From assembly GCA_049800435.1 (NCBI GenBank), contig JBARJU010000095.1:216-64215 (forward strand): 64,000 nucleotides of DNA. Reading direction: 5' to 3'. The DNA is from Solirubrobacteraceae bacterium (GTDB taxonomy: Bacteria > Actinomycetota > Thermoleophilia > Solirubrobacterales > Solirubrobacteraceae). Position numbers and translations under genes: made by a program. Below the pieces are notes generated by a model. The model did no database searches. It worked only from the letters and a program-made list of their open reading frames with translations, and was not told the origin of the DNA. Positions 46,051 to 54,793 of this stretch are shown piece after piece; within the stretch, counting starts at the first letter, position 1; the number at the start of each line of letters is the position of its first letter.

Positions 46051-46431
46051 TTACTTCAGCGCCTCGAGACGCTCGGTGATGGCCTCCTTCCTTGAGGCAG
46101 CACTGGCCTTGAGATTCTTGGCCTCGGCCGTTGCCTCGGTTGCGCGCTCTTCAGCCACCTCAACCTCCCGGTCGATCGACTGAATCGCTCGTTCGAGTGC
46201 TGCCCTCGCGTCTGCCAGGGCGTCGTCGGCCGTCGTCTCACGACGACGAGTCCGTGGTCTGCTCTCACCGCCCTCGACCTTTTTCTTGTGGGAGTAGTAA
46301 CTCCCACGGACCGAGTCGTAGGGGCGACCTTTCTCCTCGGCGATCTGCTTGAAAGCATCCGCCTTCTCGATACCCGAAGCGGTCAGTCTCTCGACCTCCT
46401 CGAATATCTCTTGAGCCTTGGTGGTTGCCAC
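46051..46431 (-). CDS. Small charged coiled-coil protein (hypothetical)
   Basis: GTG 46431 with AAAGGAGG 9 nt upstream. Lys/Glu/Arg-rich helical sequence. Confidence 0.55.
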   Translation of the reverse strand: MATTKAQEIFEEVERLTASGIEKADAFKQIAEEKGRPYDSVRGSYYSHKKKVEGGESRPRTRRRETTADDALADARAALERAIQSIDREVEVAEERATEATAEAKNLKASAASRKEAITERLEALK

Positions 46432-46517
46432 GACTACTTGCCTCCTTTGGGTTGAATGGCCTTGTCGACTGGCAGAAAGACGGTTGTCCTTCCACCGGCC
46501 GGTGGGCCATCCAGCCC

Positions 46518-47501
46518 TCATGTCGATTCCCGTGTCTCATGCGCCCAGTGGGTGAGGCGAGCGCAGGCCACATCGACGTACTGGCCTTCACGCTCGATGC
46601 CAAGGAACTGCCGGCCTTCCAGCACCGCCGACACCCCAGTGCTACCACTTCCGGCAAACGGATCAAGCACCAATCCGTCCGGCGGCGTGACGAGCTTCAC
46701 CAACCATCGCATCAACTTGAGTGGCTTGACGGTGGGATGGATGTTGCTCAGTACGCGCGGTTTGCGGCTACGCCCGGTGTAGAGCGCCGCGAGCCGGGCC
46801 GGTAGCTGCTCACATCCCGCCTCACGCTCGGCGCGCGAGGTTTTGGGGCAATAAAACAAGCGACTTGAGCCTGTGCCTGGAGTATCCACCAGCTCCGCCG
46901 GGCAATCCGGCCCGTGCGATAGCGCGATGTTGGCCGGCCAGTACCGTTGCGGCCCAACCCGCGCTGCCTCAATGTTCAGGGCTCCGGTGCCCCACGCTTC
47001 GAGGTTCTGTGGCGTTGTCCCATCAAGCGGTGCGCGGGCCAGCAGAATCGGCTCAAAGGCTGGCTTAAGCGCCGTGCCCAATCCGCCCGGTAAGCGTCGG
47101 GACTTGGGCATACCGCTCCCGTACATCCACAACAATTGATCGCGCACCTGGAGCCCTGAGTCCTCAATCCCTGCCACCAGCCGATGGAAGGTGCGCGGTG
47201 CCCCGAACGCCAGCAGATGCCCGCCCGGCTTGAGTACCCGTAAGCATTCCGTCGCCCACACGCTCGTCCACCGCTCGAACGCCTCCGCTGAGCTCAGCCG
47301 CTCGCCGTCCTTACCGGCGGCATGACGAATGTCGCTGCCATCCCAAGCCTCACCACTGATACCGATCCCGTAAGGCGGGTCGGTCACGATCGCGTCGACG
47401 CTATGTGTCGGCAGCTTCGCCAGCATCAGCAGTGCGTCGGCCTCCAACAGGTGCCACGCCCGCGTGTCGTCCTCGTAGAGCGCTGGTCTGGCCGTACTCA
47501 C
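46518..47501 (-). CDS. Orphan DNA methyltransferase (N6_N4_Mtase family, DPPY motif)
   Basis: IVTDPPYGIGISGEAW (motif IV) and DPFAGSGSTGVSAV (motif I). No restriction partner is visible. ATGA overlap with the upstream gene. Confidence 0.85.
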   Translation of the reverse strand: MSTARPALYEDDTRAWHLLEADALLMLAKLPTHSVDAIVTDPPYGIGISGEAWDGSDIRHAAGKDGERLSSAEAFERWTSVWATECLRVLKPGGHLLAFGAPRTFHRLVAGIEDSGLQVRDQLLWMYGSGMPKSRRLPGGLGTALKPAFEPILLARAPLDGTTPQNLEAWGTGALNIEAARVGPQRYWPANIALSHGPDCPAELVDTPGTGSSRLFYCPKTSRAEREAGCEQLPARLAALYTGRSRKPRVLSNIHPTVKPLKLMRWLVKLVTPPDGLVLDPFAGSGSTGVSAVLEGRQFLGIEREGQYVDVACARLTHWAHETREST

Positions 47502-48394
47502 GAGCGCGCCCCCGCTGTCAGGAGCGTGATCGCCTCAGCGGAGGTCGCAATCGCAAACAGCTTCTTGGCCTCAGCCGGCAAGCGATCCAACGCGGTCTGT
47601 ACCGCCTCAGCCCGCCGTTCATCCGGCACGATCCAGGCCACGCGAGGCGCGACCCCACGAGTGCGTCGCTCAACTCCTGAGCGGTGGTAGTCCAGGTGCC
47701 GGCGAGCCTGGCGCTCAACGGTGCCCAGCGCCTCGGTCGCCCTGTCTCGCTCCACCAGCCAGGAGTACTCGTACTCGCCAACCCCGAGCTTCACATAGGC
47801 GTCCGGCTTGCATACTGCTCGCGCGCCGTAGGCCGCCAGATACGGTCGCCAGCAGTCGGGCTCGGCGTCGTAGGCGAGCACTTCGACCCCGCTCTCCACG
47901 AGTTCGACGTAGAGCTGACCGACCGCCAGCGTGTGCGCGAGAAACCGCTCGCCGGGCGTGTAGGGGTGACGCACTCGCCGCGTCGACGCTTCCGTGGCGA
48001 GCAGCCACTGTCCGGCCAACCCGACCGCGAAACAGCGACCGGCGCTGCCAGAACGGACACCGCCGACCCGCCTTGCGAGTGGGGCGAGCATCTCCAGCTC
48101 GGTCAGGCGAGCCAGCCCGTGTCGGGCCAGACGAGCCCTGGTCTGCGGTGAGCCCTCCGGCCAAAACAACGTCCGAAGCTGCTCGCCGCTCATCGCCCGG
48201 AACCGGCCGACCGTCTTCAGCACCTCAAGGTCACGTGTAGACAGCCGGGCCTTGATGGCGGCCAGCTTGCGGGCGGATAGGCGAGAAGAAGACCGTAGGT
48301 CTTGCGTTGGACTTGTCGGGTGAGAACCCCCGCCGTTGCGGGCTGTTCCAGGAGTCCGACTCGACGCGAGCGGATAACCGAGCGGATAGGTCAC
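47498..48394 (-). CDS. Replication-relaxation (Replic_Relax) family protein
   Basis: LSTRDLEVLKTVGRFRAMSGEQLRTLFW...RLARHGLARLTELEMLAPLARRVGGVRSGS, the pattern typical of the family. Confidence 0.65.
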   Translation of the reverse strand: MTYPLGYPLASSRTPGTARNGGGSHPTSPTQDLRSSSRLSARKLAAIKARLSTRDLEVLKTVGRFRAMSGEQLRTLFWPEGSPQTRARLARHGLARLTELEMLAPLARRVGGVRSGSAGRCFAVGLAGQWLLATEASTRRVRHPYTPGERFLAHTLAVGQLYVELVESGVEVLAYDAEPDCWRPYLAAYGARAVCKPDAYVKLGVGEYEYSWLVERDRATEALGTVERQARRHLDYHRSGVERRTRGVAPRVAWIVPDERRAEAVQTALDRLPAEAKKLFAIATSAEAITLLTAGARS

Positions 48395-50577
48395 GAGCGC
48401 CTCCTCCGAGAGCCCAACTCGCCGTCCTCATCCTCTCCAGGGGCGACGGGAGCTGGTGGCGGCGCGGCCGGTTCAGGACTCGCCCCGTAGCGACGAGCCG
48501 ACGCATCCCGGATCGCCTCGGCCTGCCCGGCCGGCGGCCCCAGCGGCTCGGTGCGGCCGGTCACGACCGAGACGGCGCTGCCGCTGCCGGTGCCGACACG
48601 AGCCGCCACCTCGAACCGGCCAAGCGCTTGCAGATCGGCAGCGCTCAAACCAGGAAACTCCATCGCCAGCCGTGGGGCTTCCTTGGCCCCGGCCCGGAAA
48701 CTGCAAATCGTCGCCAGGTTCCCGACCAACGCGGATTGCGTCGGCTCCCCGATGCGCCCCAAGGTCTGCAACGCGACCGTCAGGCCCGCACCGAGCCCAC
48801 GAGCACGCTCGGCCAGCAACTCGAAGCCGAAGGACAGACCGTTCGTCAAGGTGGCAAGCTCATCGACGTAAAGGAAGATCGGTGAGCGCTTCTCCGGTGG
48901 GAGAACGACCCGTGCCTCGATCGCGCTCCAGATGGCGTACATCACCGCCGCACCGACCAGAGTGGCCCCAGCCTCTGAGAGGACGCCAGGAGCCAGGCTG
49001 ACGAGCAGCCACTTTTTTTCTCGAAAGAGTTGCGCCGGATCGAGCTTCGCGTCAGGGCTAGCCAGGATTTCTCGAACACGGGGGCGCGACAGCAGCGTCA
49101 TCACCCTGGCCATAGGTGCTTGCACGTGCTCGGCCTTGGCCGCGTCCGACAGGCCCTCGTATGCCTGCCACGAGGAGAGCAGGAAGGGGTCACGCAGCCG
49201 GGCCACCGCCGCCCTTCTGTACGGCTCCTCATAGAACAACCGGCCCATGTCGGCCAAGGAAGCTCCCTGAATTTCACTGAGCGTCCTGATCGCCAGCCTG
49301 CCGTAAAATTCCGAGCGGACACCCCAAGCGGCGCTGCCGAAGATGGCCTTCAGCGTTCCCGTAAGCACATCGGCGCGCGAGTCGGGGTCACCCCCGGACA
49401 GCACCGCTATCCCCGGAATTGGCCGCGTGGTATCACCGGGATCGAGAACCACGATTCTGTCTCTCGCGTGTTCGGGCTTGACGCGCTCCAGGATAGTTTC
49501 GATCAGATCGCCCTTGGGGTCGATGACCGCCCCGGCGTAGCCGTGCTCGATATCGCTGAGAATTGCCCGGGCGAGAAGTACGCTCTTGCCGACCCCCGAC
49601 GGGCCGATCACAGCCATGTGATGACGAGCCGCCGTCACATCAAGCGCCACCGGCCGCTCCTCACCCGACGCGCCCCGGCTGACGAACAGCTTTCGCCCGT
49701 CCTTGGGCAGATGGTTGGCGGCGCGCAGCTCCCGTCCACCAAGCTCCACACCGGGCGTGACGTCGACTCCATGCGGCCAGGCAAGCAGAGGTATGATCTC
49801 CGCGTTCGAGAGCCACCCGCTCGACCTGGTCGCGCGGGGACGTGCGCTCAGGCGGCGGCTGCCGCGCTCTTGGGTGACGCGGATGCCACCGACCAGGCTT
49901 CGGCGACCTCTGAGCACGTTTTCAATGTGAGATGCCAGCTCCCGCGCTCTGGCCTTCGACGCTCTGATGAGAACCAGACCGCTGACACTGAAACCGGCGG
50001 AGCTCTTACGCTGCCACGCCCGGTCGATCTCCCGCTCGCGTTGGCTGGGGTTCTCTACTTCTCTGCGGGGTCGGGCGCTTCCCGGCCGTAGCGCCCAGCG
50101 GATGACAACCTGCTCGCCCGAGCGCAAGCCCGCAAGGTTCGCCAGCAGCGACCTCGAAGCGGAAATCGCGTTCTCATCCGAGAGTACGCTCGGTGTCGGG
50201 ACGAACAGGCGCAAGCTCAGCGTGACCGCATCGTCCGGTGACGGTGCTGATTCGGTGATCCTCAGACTCGAAATCGCCCCGGCAAGCGTTGATTGCACCG
50301 AGGTGCGCACAGCAGCCGGCACCCACAGGGCGTGAGTGATGGAGCCCTCCCGCGCCGCTGTCTCGGCGATGAGTTCGGTGGTGTGCGGCAACCCCAACAG
50401 GCCATCCAGCGCCGCGAGCGCCTGGGAGGGCTCAAGGCCGCTAGGAAACCGCAAGCCGAGCGGAGACATACTGGCGTGCATGGCGTTGTCCCGACGGTGC
50501 TCATGCAGCCAGATTCCGGCGATCATGGCTGATCCACCACCGGCCGCAACCATCGCTGGTATGAGTGCATCGTTCAC
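48391..50577 (-). CDS. TraD/VirD4/FtsK-like P-loop NTPase (coupling-protein-like, DNA transfer)
   Basis: Walker A VIGPSGVGKSVLLARAIL, Walker B PIFLYVDELATL, N-terminal TM helix. Confidence 0.75.
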   Translation of the reverse strand: MNDALIPAMVAAGGGSAMIAGIWLHEHRRDNAMHASMSPLGLRFPSGLEPSQALAALDGLLGLPHTTELIAETAAREGSITHALWVPAAVRTSVQSTLAGAISSLRITESAPSPDDAVTLSLRLFVPTPSVLSDENAISASRSLLANLAGLRSGEQVVIRWALRPGSARPRREVENPSQREREIDRAWQRKSSAGFSVSGLVLIRASKARARELASHIENVLRGRRSLVGGIRVTQERGSRRLSARPRATRSSGWLSNAEIIPLLAWPHGVDVTPGVELGGRELRAANHLPKDGRKLFVSRGASGEERPVALDVTAARHHMAVIGPSGVGKSVLLARAILSDIEHGYAGAVIDPKGDLIETILERVKPEHARDRIVVLDPGDTTRPIPGIAVLSGGDPDSRADVLTGTLKAIFGSAAWGVRSEFYGRLAIRTLSEIQGASLADMGRLFYEEPYRRAAVARLRDPFLLSSWQAYEGLSDAAKAEHVQAPMARVMTLLSRPRVREILASPDAKLDPAQLFREKKWLLVSLAPGVLSEAGATLVGAAVMYAIWSAIEARVVLPPEKRSPIFLYVDELATLTNGLSFGFELLAERARGLGAGLTVALQTLGRIGEPTQSALVGNLATICSFRAGAKEAPRLAMEFPGLSAADLQALGRFEVAARVGTGSGSAVSVVTGRTEPLGPPAGQAEAIRDASARRYGASPEPAAPPPAPVAPGEDEDGELGSRRRRS

Positions 50578-50759
50578 TGCCGGTCTCCCGACTGCTCGTT
50601 TTTCCGCGCCTTATTTTCACGGCGCTTGGCTTTTTCCTGGGCTTCACGCTCCCGGCGCTGTAAAACGAGCCGTTTTCCTTGCTGGAAATACACATAGGCC
50701 ATGAGGCTAGCGTCGATTTCGCGGCGCCTGACCCCCTTGATTTGTATACGTCGTGCCAT
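50574..50759 (-). CDS. Small basic protein, first gene of the transfer operon
   Basis: ATG 50759 with AGGAGGT 10 nt upstream. MARRIQIKGVRRREID... The stop overlaps the next gene start. Confidence 0.5.
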   Translation of the reverse strand: MARRIQIKGVRRREIDASLMAYVYFQQGKRLVLQRREREAQEKAKRRENKARKNEQSGDRQ

Positions 50760-50835
50760 AAGTAAATGCACCTCCTTTCGGTTTAGTTGTTCATAAACAC
50801 ACCTCCTGTTCGCCTTTTGTTCGGTTAACCTCCTG

Positions 50836-50883
50836 AGTATTGATCAGAGTTTTAGGAGTTGTCAATAACTTTTTTTGTGTCAA
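50836..50883 (-). promoter_or_regulatory. Promoter candidate with two consensus TTGACA hexamers and an AATACT -10
   Basis: Minus strand reads TTGACA (50883..50878) cAAAAAAAgttaT TTGACA (50865..60), an 18-nt spacer, then AATACT (50841..36). Confidence 0.5.
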
Positions 50884-50911
50884 CGGGTGGCAATCTGGCT
50901 ACGCTTAGGGA

Positions 50912-51079
50912 TCACCGGCGGACGTAGTAACGAACAAGTTCCAGGCAAATCCAGAGGACCCCAAGCACTGCTACCAGCGGCACTACGGCGTGGATGGTTG
51001 TGGCGATGGTGGGACCCGCCGCGATGAGGGCGGCTAGCGCCACGATTCCCAGCAGCAAGGTTTGAGTGAGCCTGTTCAT
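50912..51079 (-). CDS. 55-aa two-TM membrane protein (below the track size cut-off)
   Basis: MNRLTQTLLLGIVALAALIAAGPTIATTIHAVVPLVAVLGVLWICLELVRYYVRR. The ATG overlaps the upstream stop (ATGA at 51079). Confidence 0.5.
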   Translation of the reverse strand: MNRLTQTLLLGIVALAALIAAGPTIATTIHAVVPLVAVLGVLWICLELVRYYVRR

Positions 51080-51327
51080 CACGGCTCCTGGATGAATCCC
51101 CTGAGTCGAGTCACAGTCTCGACCCGAATCTCCGACATTCGGCGGAGGGTGTGGAGCGTCTCTCTGGCTTCGTCGCGTTCCCTCCGAGCCCGGTCGCGTT
51201 GCCTCAAATAGCGCATCTCAACGATGCCTAGTCGCAGCACGAGGAGTAGCAGTAGGACGATAACGATGGTCTCGGGGTAAACCGTCAAATGCAACACCAA
51301 CGCAGAGAAGATGAAGGTGGAGGGCAT
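51079..51327 (-). CDS. Small membrane protein with a charged C-terminal helix
   Basis: MPSTFIFSALVLHLTVYPETIVIVLLLLLVL... ATG 51327 overlaps the upstream TGA (ATGA). Confidence 0.55.
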   Translation of the reverse strand: MPSTFIFSALVLHLTVYPETIVIVLLLLLVLRLGIVEMRYLRQRDRARRERDEARETLHTLRRMSEIRVETVTRLRGFIQEP

Positions 51328-51656
51328 CAATGACCCTCCTCGATGTAGTACGCCAACTCGGTCTTGAGGCCACGAGCGCCGGTAGATGCAATGCCGCCCA
51401 GCTCTCGAGCGAAGAACGGACGGGCTTGCACTTCTTCGGCAAAGACATCAGCGATCTCGCCGCCGGCTTCCAGCGCGTCCTTCGTCAGCCACTTGATGTC
51501 GTGCATACGGCCGGTCGCCACATGGCGGCGGGCGGCATCTTCGGCCCGGACTTCCAGTGCGCGCCGCTGAAGGGCCTTGGCGTACTTGATGACGCCGCGC
51601 TCATCGCGGGTCATCACGAGGCCGCCGTGGCGGGCGGGGATGGGATGGTGGGGCAT
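51327..51656 (-). CDS. Hypothetical protein (109 aa)
   Basis: ATG 51656 with AAGGAG about 7 nt upstream. No recognised domain. Confidence 0.5.
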   Translation of the reverse strand: MPHHPIPARHGGLVMTRDERGVIKYAKALQRRALEVRAEDAARRHVATGRMHDIKWLTKDALEAGGEIADVFAEEVQARPFFARELGGIASTGARGLKTELAYYIEEGH

Positions 51657-51717
51657 GGGCTGGCTCCTTGCTCTTGGGTTCGGGCGTGGAGCCAATTTTT
51701 ACCGCGCGACCGCAGTG

Positions 51718-51775
51718 GGTCTCCTAGGTGGTCTAGAAAGAATTTTCGTAGGTCTAGAAATAATCTTCGGGGGTC
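51718..51775. repeat. Phased GGTC(TAGAAA) direct repeats in a divergent intergenic region
   Basis: GGTCTAGAAAGAATTTTCG (51730..51748) and GGTCTAGAAATAATCTTCG (51751..51769), 16/19 identical, 21-bp period. Flanking GGTC at 51718 and 51772. Confidence 0.8.
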
Positions 51776-51868
51776 CGCTCCGGTCAATGAAGGGCCTATG
51801 ATGCGCGGTTGGGCGTCCAGGGCGATATGGATGGCGCGCCCTGCCCAATGCGTGCCAGGATCTATTAG

Positions 51869-52822
51869 ATGGACATAGACACGATCATCGAGGAGCTGGA
51901 CAAGCTCGTGCATTACCGAGGCCAAGGCGGGCTCGTGGAGGGGGTTGCGGGAGCACCAAAGCTGCTCCGGCAACCCCGCTACCAGCAAGCAGATGATCCT
52001 CAGGAGTTGCTGGTCAAGGACATCAAGGCCGCCATCGCGCGGCTGCCAAATGACCTACAGAAGGAGGCTAAGGGGCTACTGCGGATCGACCTGCCTGGGC
52101 AATACATCATTGATCGGTTGCGGCTTCTCGGGAAGGCGGGCTATTCCGGTGACGCGCAGCACTGGCATCGGCGCGCTGTACTCGGGCGGGTCGCCGGTGA
52201 GCTACGCAGCCTTTATGACGACGCTCAGCCTAGCTACAGAATGCAAACCGTTGATATCCACGTAACCAATGGCCTCTTCGGAAAGAGCCTTGGTGGGACT
52301 GACTATACTCGGACGATTCACTTTAGGTGGACAATAGAGTGTACGGTTTCTGATCTACGGGTATTTATCTTTAGGTATAAGACCCCTAAGCAGCTCAAGT
52401 TCTCTCAATTCGTTCCGGGCGTGCCGGGTCCTGAGTATGAATCGGCAGAGCGTGTTTCAGTCGCGGGTAGTCCCGATACCCACTGGTATAGGCTATTTCT
52501 GGCAGACAGCCTTCCGGTCGGCGTACCCGTGACCCTCAACGCCTCTATTATATACAAGAAGGCTAATAAGGCTGCACCTCGCTGTGACTATACCCCGGAA
52601 ATACCTATTAGGAACCTCCGGTTGTCAATTCAGACGCTAAACGAGGAGACGCCGGGCAGATGCGTAGCCTGGGATGACAAGACTAACAAGGTGCTAAAGG
52701 AGTACAAGGCTAAACTGCTCAGTGAAACACTCGAATATGATGGCTTCTCTAGCGTGATATCCACGAGCCAGTTCAAGGTACGTTCACCGAAGGTAGGCCA
52801 ACGTTTCAGCCTGATATGGTAA
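51869..52822 (+). CDS. Hypothetical protein, 317 aa, AT-richer cargo gene (helical N-terminal part, beta-rich C-terminal part by composition)
   Basis: Long ORF with protein-like composition. No motif I recognise. Confidence 0.6.
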   Translation: MDIDTIIEELDKLVHYRGQGGLVEGVAGAPKLLRQPRYQQADDPQELLVKDIKAAIARLPNDLQKEAKGLLRIDLPGQYIIDRLRLLGKAGYSGDAQHWHRRAVLGRVAGELRSLYDDAQPSYRMQTVDIHVTNGLFGKSLGGTDYTRTIHFRWTIECTVSDLRVFIFRYKTPKQLKFSQFVPGVPGPEYESAERVSVAGSPDTHWYRLFLADSLPVGVPVTLNASIIYKKANKAAPRCDYTPEIPIRNLRLSIQTLNEETPGRCVAWDDKTNKVLKEYKAKLLSETLEYDGFSSVISTSQFKVRSPKVGQRFSLIW

Positions 52823-52953
52823 GAGGAGGTGCGTTCTTGATAGACGATTACACATAATTAGTGTAAAATAGCGTTCCAGTCATCCCTTCGGCTGGTCGAT
52901 CCGCTGTTGAGCTTATGGACAGTGGGTCAAGCCAGCCGAAAGGATAGATTGAT

Positions 52954-53295
52954 ATGGGAGACGATCCGGGCCAGTCACCAGCCAGCACGGACACGTTCCA
53001 TCCTGGCAGATACTCTGTCTGGGCATATTTTCGAGGGAGCGATGGAGATGAGCCCATCCTATTCATTGCGTATGAGTGGGAGACGTGTGATTTGCGCGGT
53101 GTTCGCGTGGACTGCATCTGGCTCTTCGAAGAGGAGTCAATACAAGATTGGGAAAAGCACCCCGAGTTTGAGGCGATTTCAGTAGGTATGGAGGCCGCAC
53201 TGTTTGCTCGCTTGGTTGAGAGCGAGCGAGTGCATCGGATCGGCGTAATGCCCCCAATAGGCCGATATGCCGATCCGCCCTCCTGGCTATCCTGA
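52954..53295 (+). CDS. Hypothetical protein, 113 aa, acidic
   Basis: ORF downstream of the 317-aa gene with an AAAGGA-type RBS. No recognised motif. Confidence 0.5.
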   Translation: MGDDPGQSPASTDTFHPGRYSVWAYFRGSDGDEPILFIAYEWETCDLRGVRVDCIWLFEEESIQDWEKHPEFEAISVGMEAALFARLVESERVHRIGVMPPIGRYADPPSWLS

Positions 53296-53384
53296 GTTTA
53301 CTCCTCCTCAACCCGTCCTCGATGAACCCTCACCGGCTCATCGGGGACACCCCCGCAATCATTTTCTCCGCGTCCCAGAAAAGG

Positions 53385-54206
53385 CTATTTACCGCACGGC
53401 TCCCGTGAGACGACCGCCACAGTTTCCCATGTCGAGTTCGCACCGTCACCGAATGACAATTCGGCCTTGACCGCCAGGCCACCGACCGGGCAGACCTTCG
53501 GCATGGTGACAAGCGACACCAGTTTGTTGCTCTTCACGTAGGCGGCACCGAGGGTGTAATCCAGTGACACGGTGGTCAGGACCAACGCCGTCTCCATCAC
53601 CGTTCGACGGGGCAGAGTCTCCGTCAACTTGTAGCCGTAGCCTCCGGCAGTGGGCGTAAGGCTGCCGGTGTTGTACCCGCCACCCAAGAGCGGCCCACCC
53701 GTGATGTGCGTCCAGAACCCGATACCGCCACCGGCCGGGAAGAAGGCCCCTTGGGTCGAGGCGGCGTAAGCGCCGGTGCCGTTGAAGTTGATGAGTTCAT
53801 GCACTTCGCCCGGCACGCTGGCAAACGACCGGCTGGGGCAAGGAGGCCCATTGTGAGGCCAGCCCGACAGACTGGGCTGACACTTCGCAAACCCGCCGGT
53901 GTGAACCTGAGTGCCCTTGGGGAGGTAGAGCACCACCCGTCGCAGCGGGGCTGGCAGCCCCCGATCTTCGCTGCCGGCAATCCCAAAGTGGGCTTCCAGC
54001 TCGGCCCCCATTCCGGCCCTATTTCCGGTGCGCGGCCACTTGGGGCCGGTTGGTTCGAGCAGATGCTTGGGGATGGGGACCGCCTGAGCGCTGAGCGTAA
54101 CCGTCGGCTTAGCCGCCGAGGTCGCGGGCAGGACTGGGGCCATGAGGGCCAGCGTCAGGCAGGCGCTCAGGGTTCTGTTGCGGCGGCGAGGTCGGTCTGC
54201 TCCCAT
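53385..54206 (-). CDS. Secreted hypothetical protein (element-borne paralog of 11290..12084)
   Basis: Signal peptide LSACLTLALMAPVLPATSAA. Colinear shared motifs with the chromosomal 264-aa protein. Confidence 0.7.
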   Translation of the reverse strand: MGADRPRRRNRTLSACLTLALMAPVLPATSAAKPTVTLSAQAVPIPKHLLEPTGPKWPRTGNRAGMGAELEAHFGIAGSEDRGLPAPLRRVVLYLPKGTQVHTGGFAKCQPSLSGWPHNGPPCPSRSFASVPGEVHELINFNGTGAYAASTQGAFFPAGGGIGFWTHITGGPLLGGGYNTGSLTPTAGGYGYKLTETLPRRTVMETALVLTTVSLDYTLGAAYVKSNKLVSLVTMPKVCPVGGLAVKAELSFGDGANSTWETVAVVSREPCGK

Positions 54207-54386
54207 GCGTAGCTCCTTGGTCGTGGTGGTTAGACGGGCACGACGACAGAAAGGGGTCGGCCGCCGTGCCCGTCTGACCAGATATCTACTGCAATGTCAT
54301 AAGACTGGAACCGTAGCGGAATGTAGGCAGGCGTGTCTACCCGGATGTCATTGTGCGGGGCAGGCGTTCCCACGATTCTGGGGCCG

Positions 54387-54653
54387 ATGCCCGCCTCCCC
54401 GGCCTTCCAACGCGCTCTCGGTCTGGCCGTCAAGCATCGCCGCGAAGAACTCGGCCTCACCCAGGAGCAGCTCGCCAACGACACCGATCTGCATCAGCGC
54501 TGGATCAGTAACGTCGAGACCGGCAAGCGCAACCCCAGCTACGGAAGCTTGCGGCGCCTCGCCGCCGGGCTCGAGCTATCCGCGTCGGAACTGCTGGCCC
54601 GAGCGGAGCGGGTCGAGGCGGGCGAGAGCGCAGCGGCCAGCGCTGCCCGGTAG
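54387..54653 (+). CDS. XRE-family HTH transcriptional regulator
   Basis: LGLAVKHRREELGLTQEQLANDTDLHQRWISNVETGKRNPSYGSLRRLAAGLELS. Confidence 0.85.
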   Translation: MPASPAFQRALGLAVKHRREELGLTQEQLANDTDLHQRWISNVETGKRNPSYGSLRRLAAGLELSASELLARAERVEAGESAAASAAR

Positions 54654-54793
54654 CCGTTCCCCGGTCCGCCGAGCGCCAGGGTACACACCTTGACCCCTCA
54701 TTCCCCTCTGGCGTAGACCTTCTGGCGCTTGCCCCGGCCGGGGCGGGCCGTATCCCTGCGCACCCACAACCCTGGGGAGGTCAGAGCGCTTTC

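Noticed and set aside
49030-50091. 353-aa plus-strand ORF inside the TraD/FtsK-like gene.
   Set aside because: A shadow ORF. The minus strand carries Walker A/B motifs and is stop/start-coupled to its neighbours.
52848-53117. 89-aa minus-strand ORF overlapping the 113-aa cargo gene.
   Set aside because: It is antisense to a longer ORF that has an RBS, and has no start context of its own. It is kept only as an alternative if expression data disagree.
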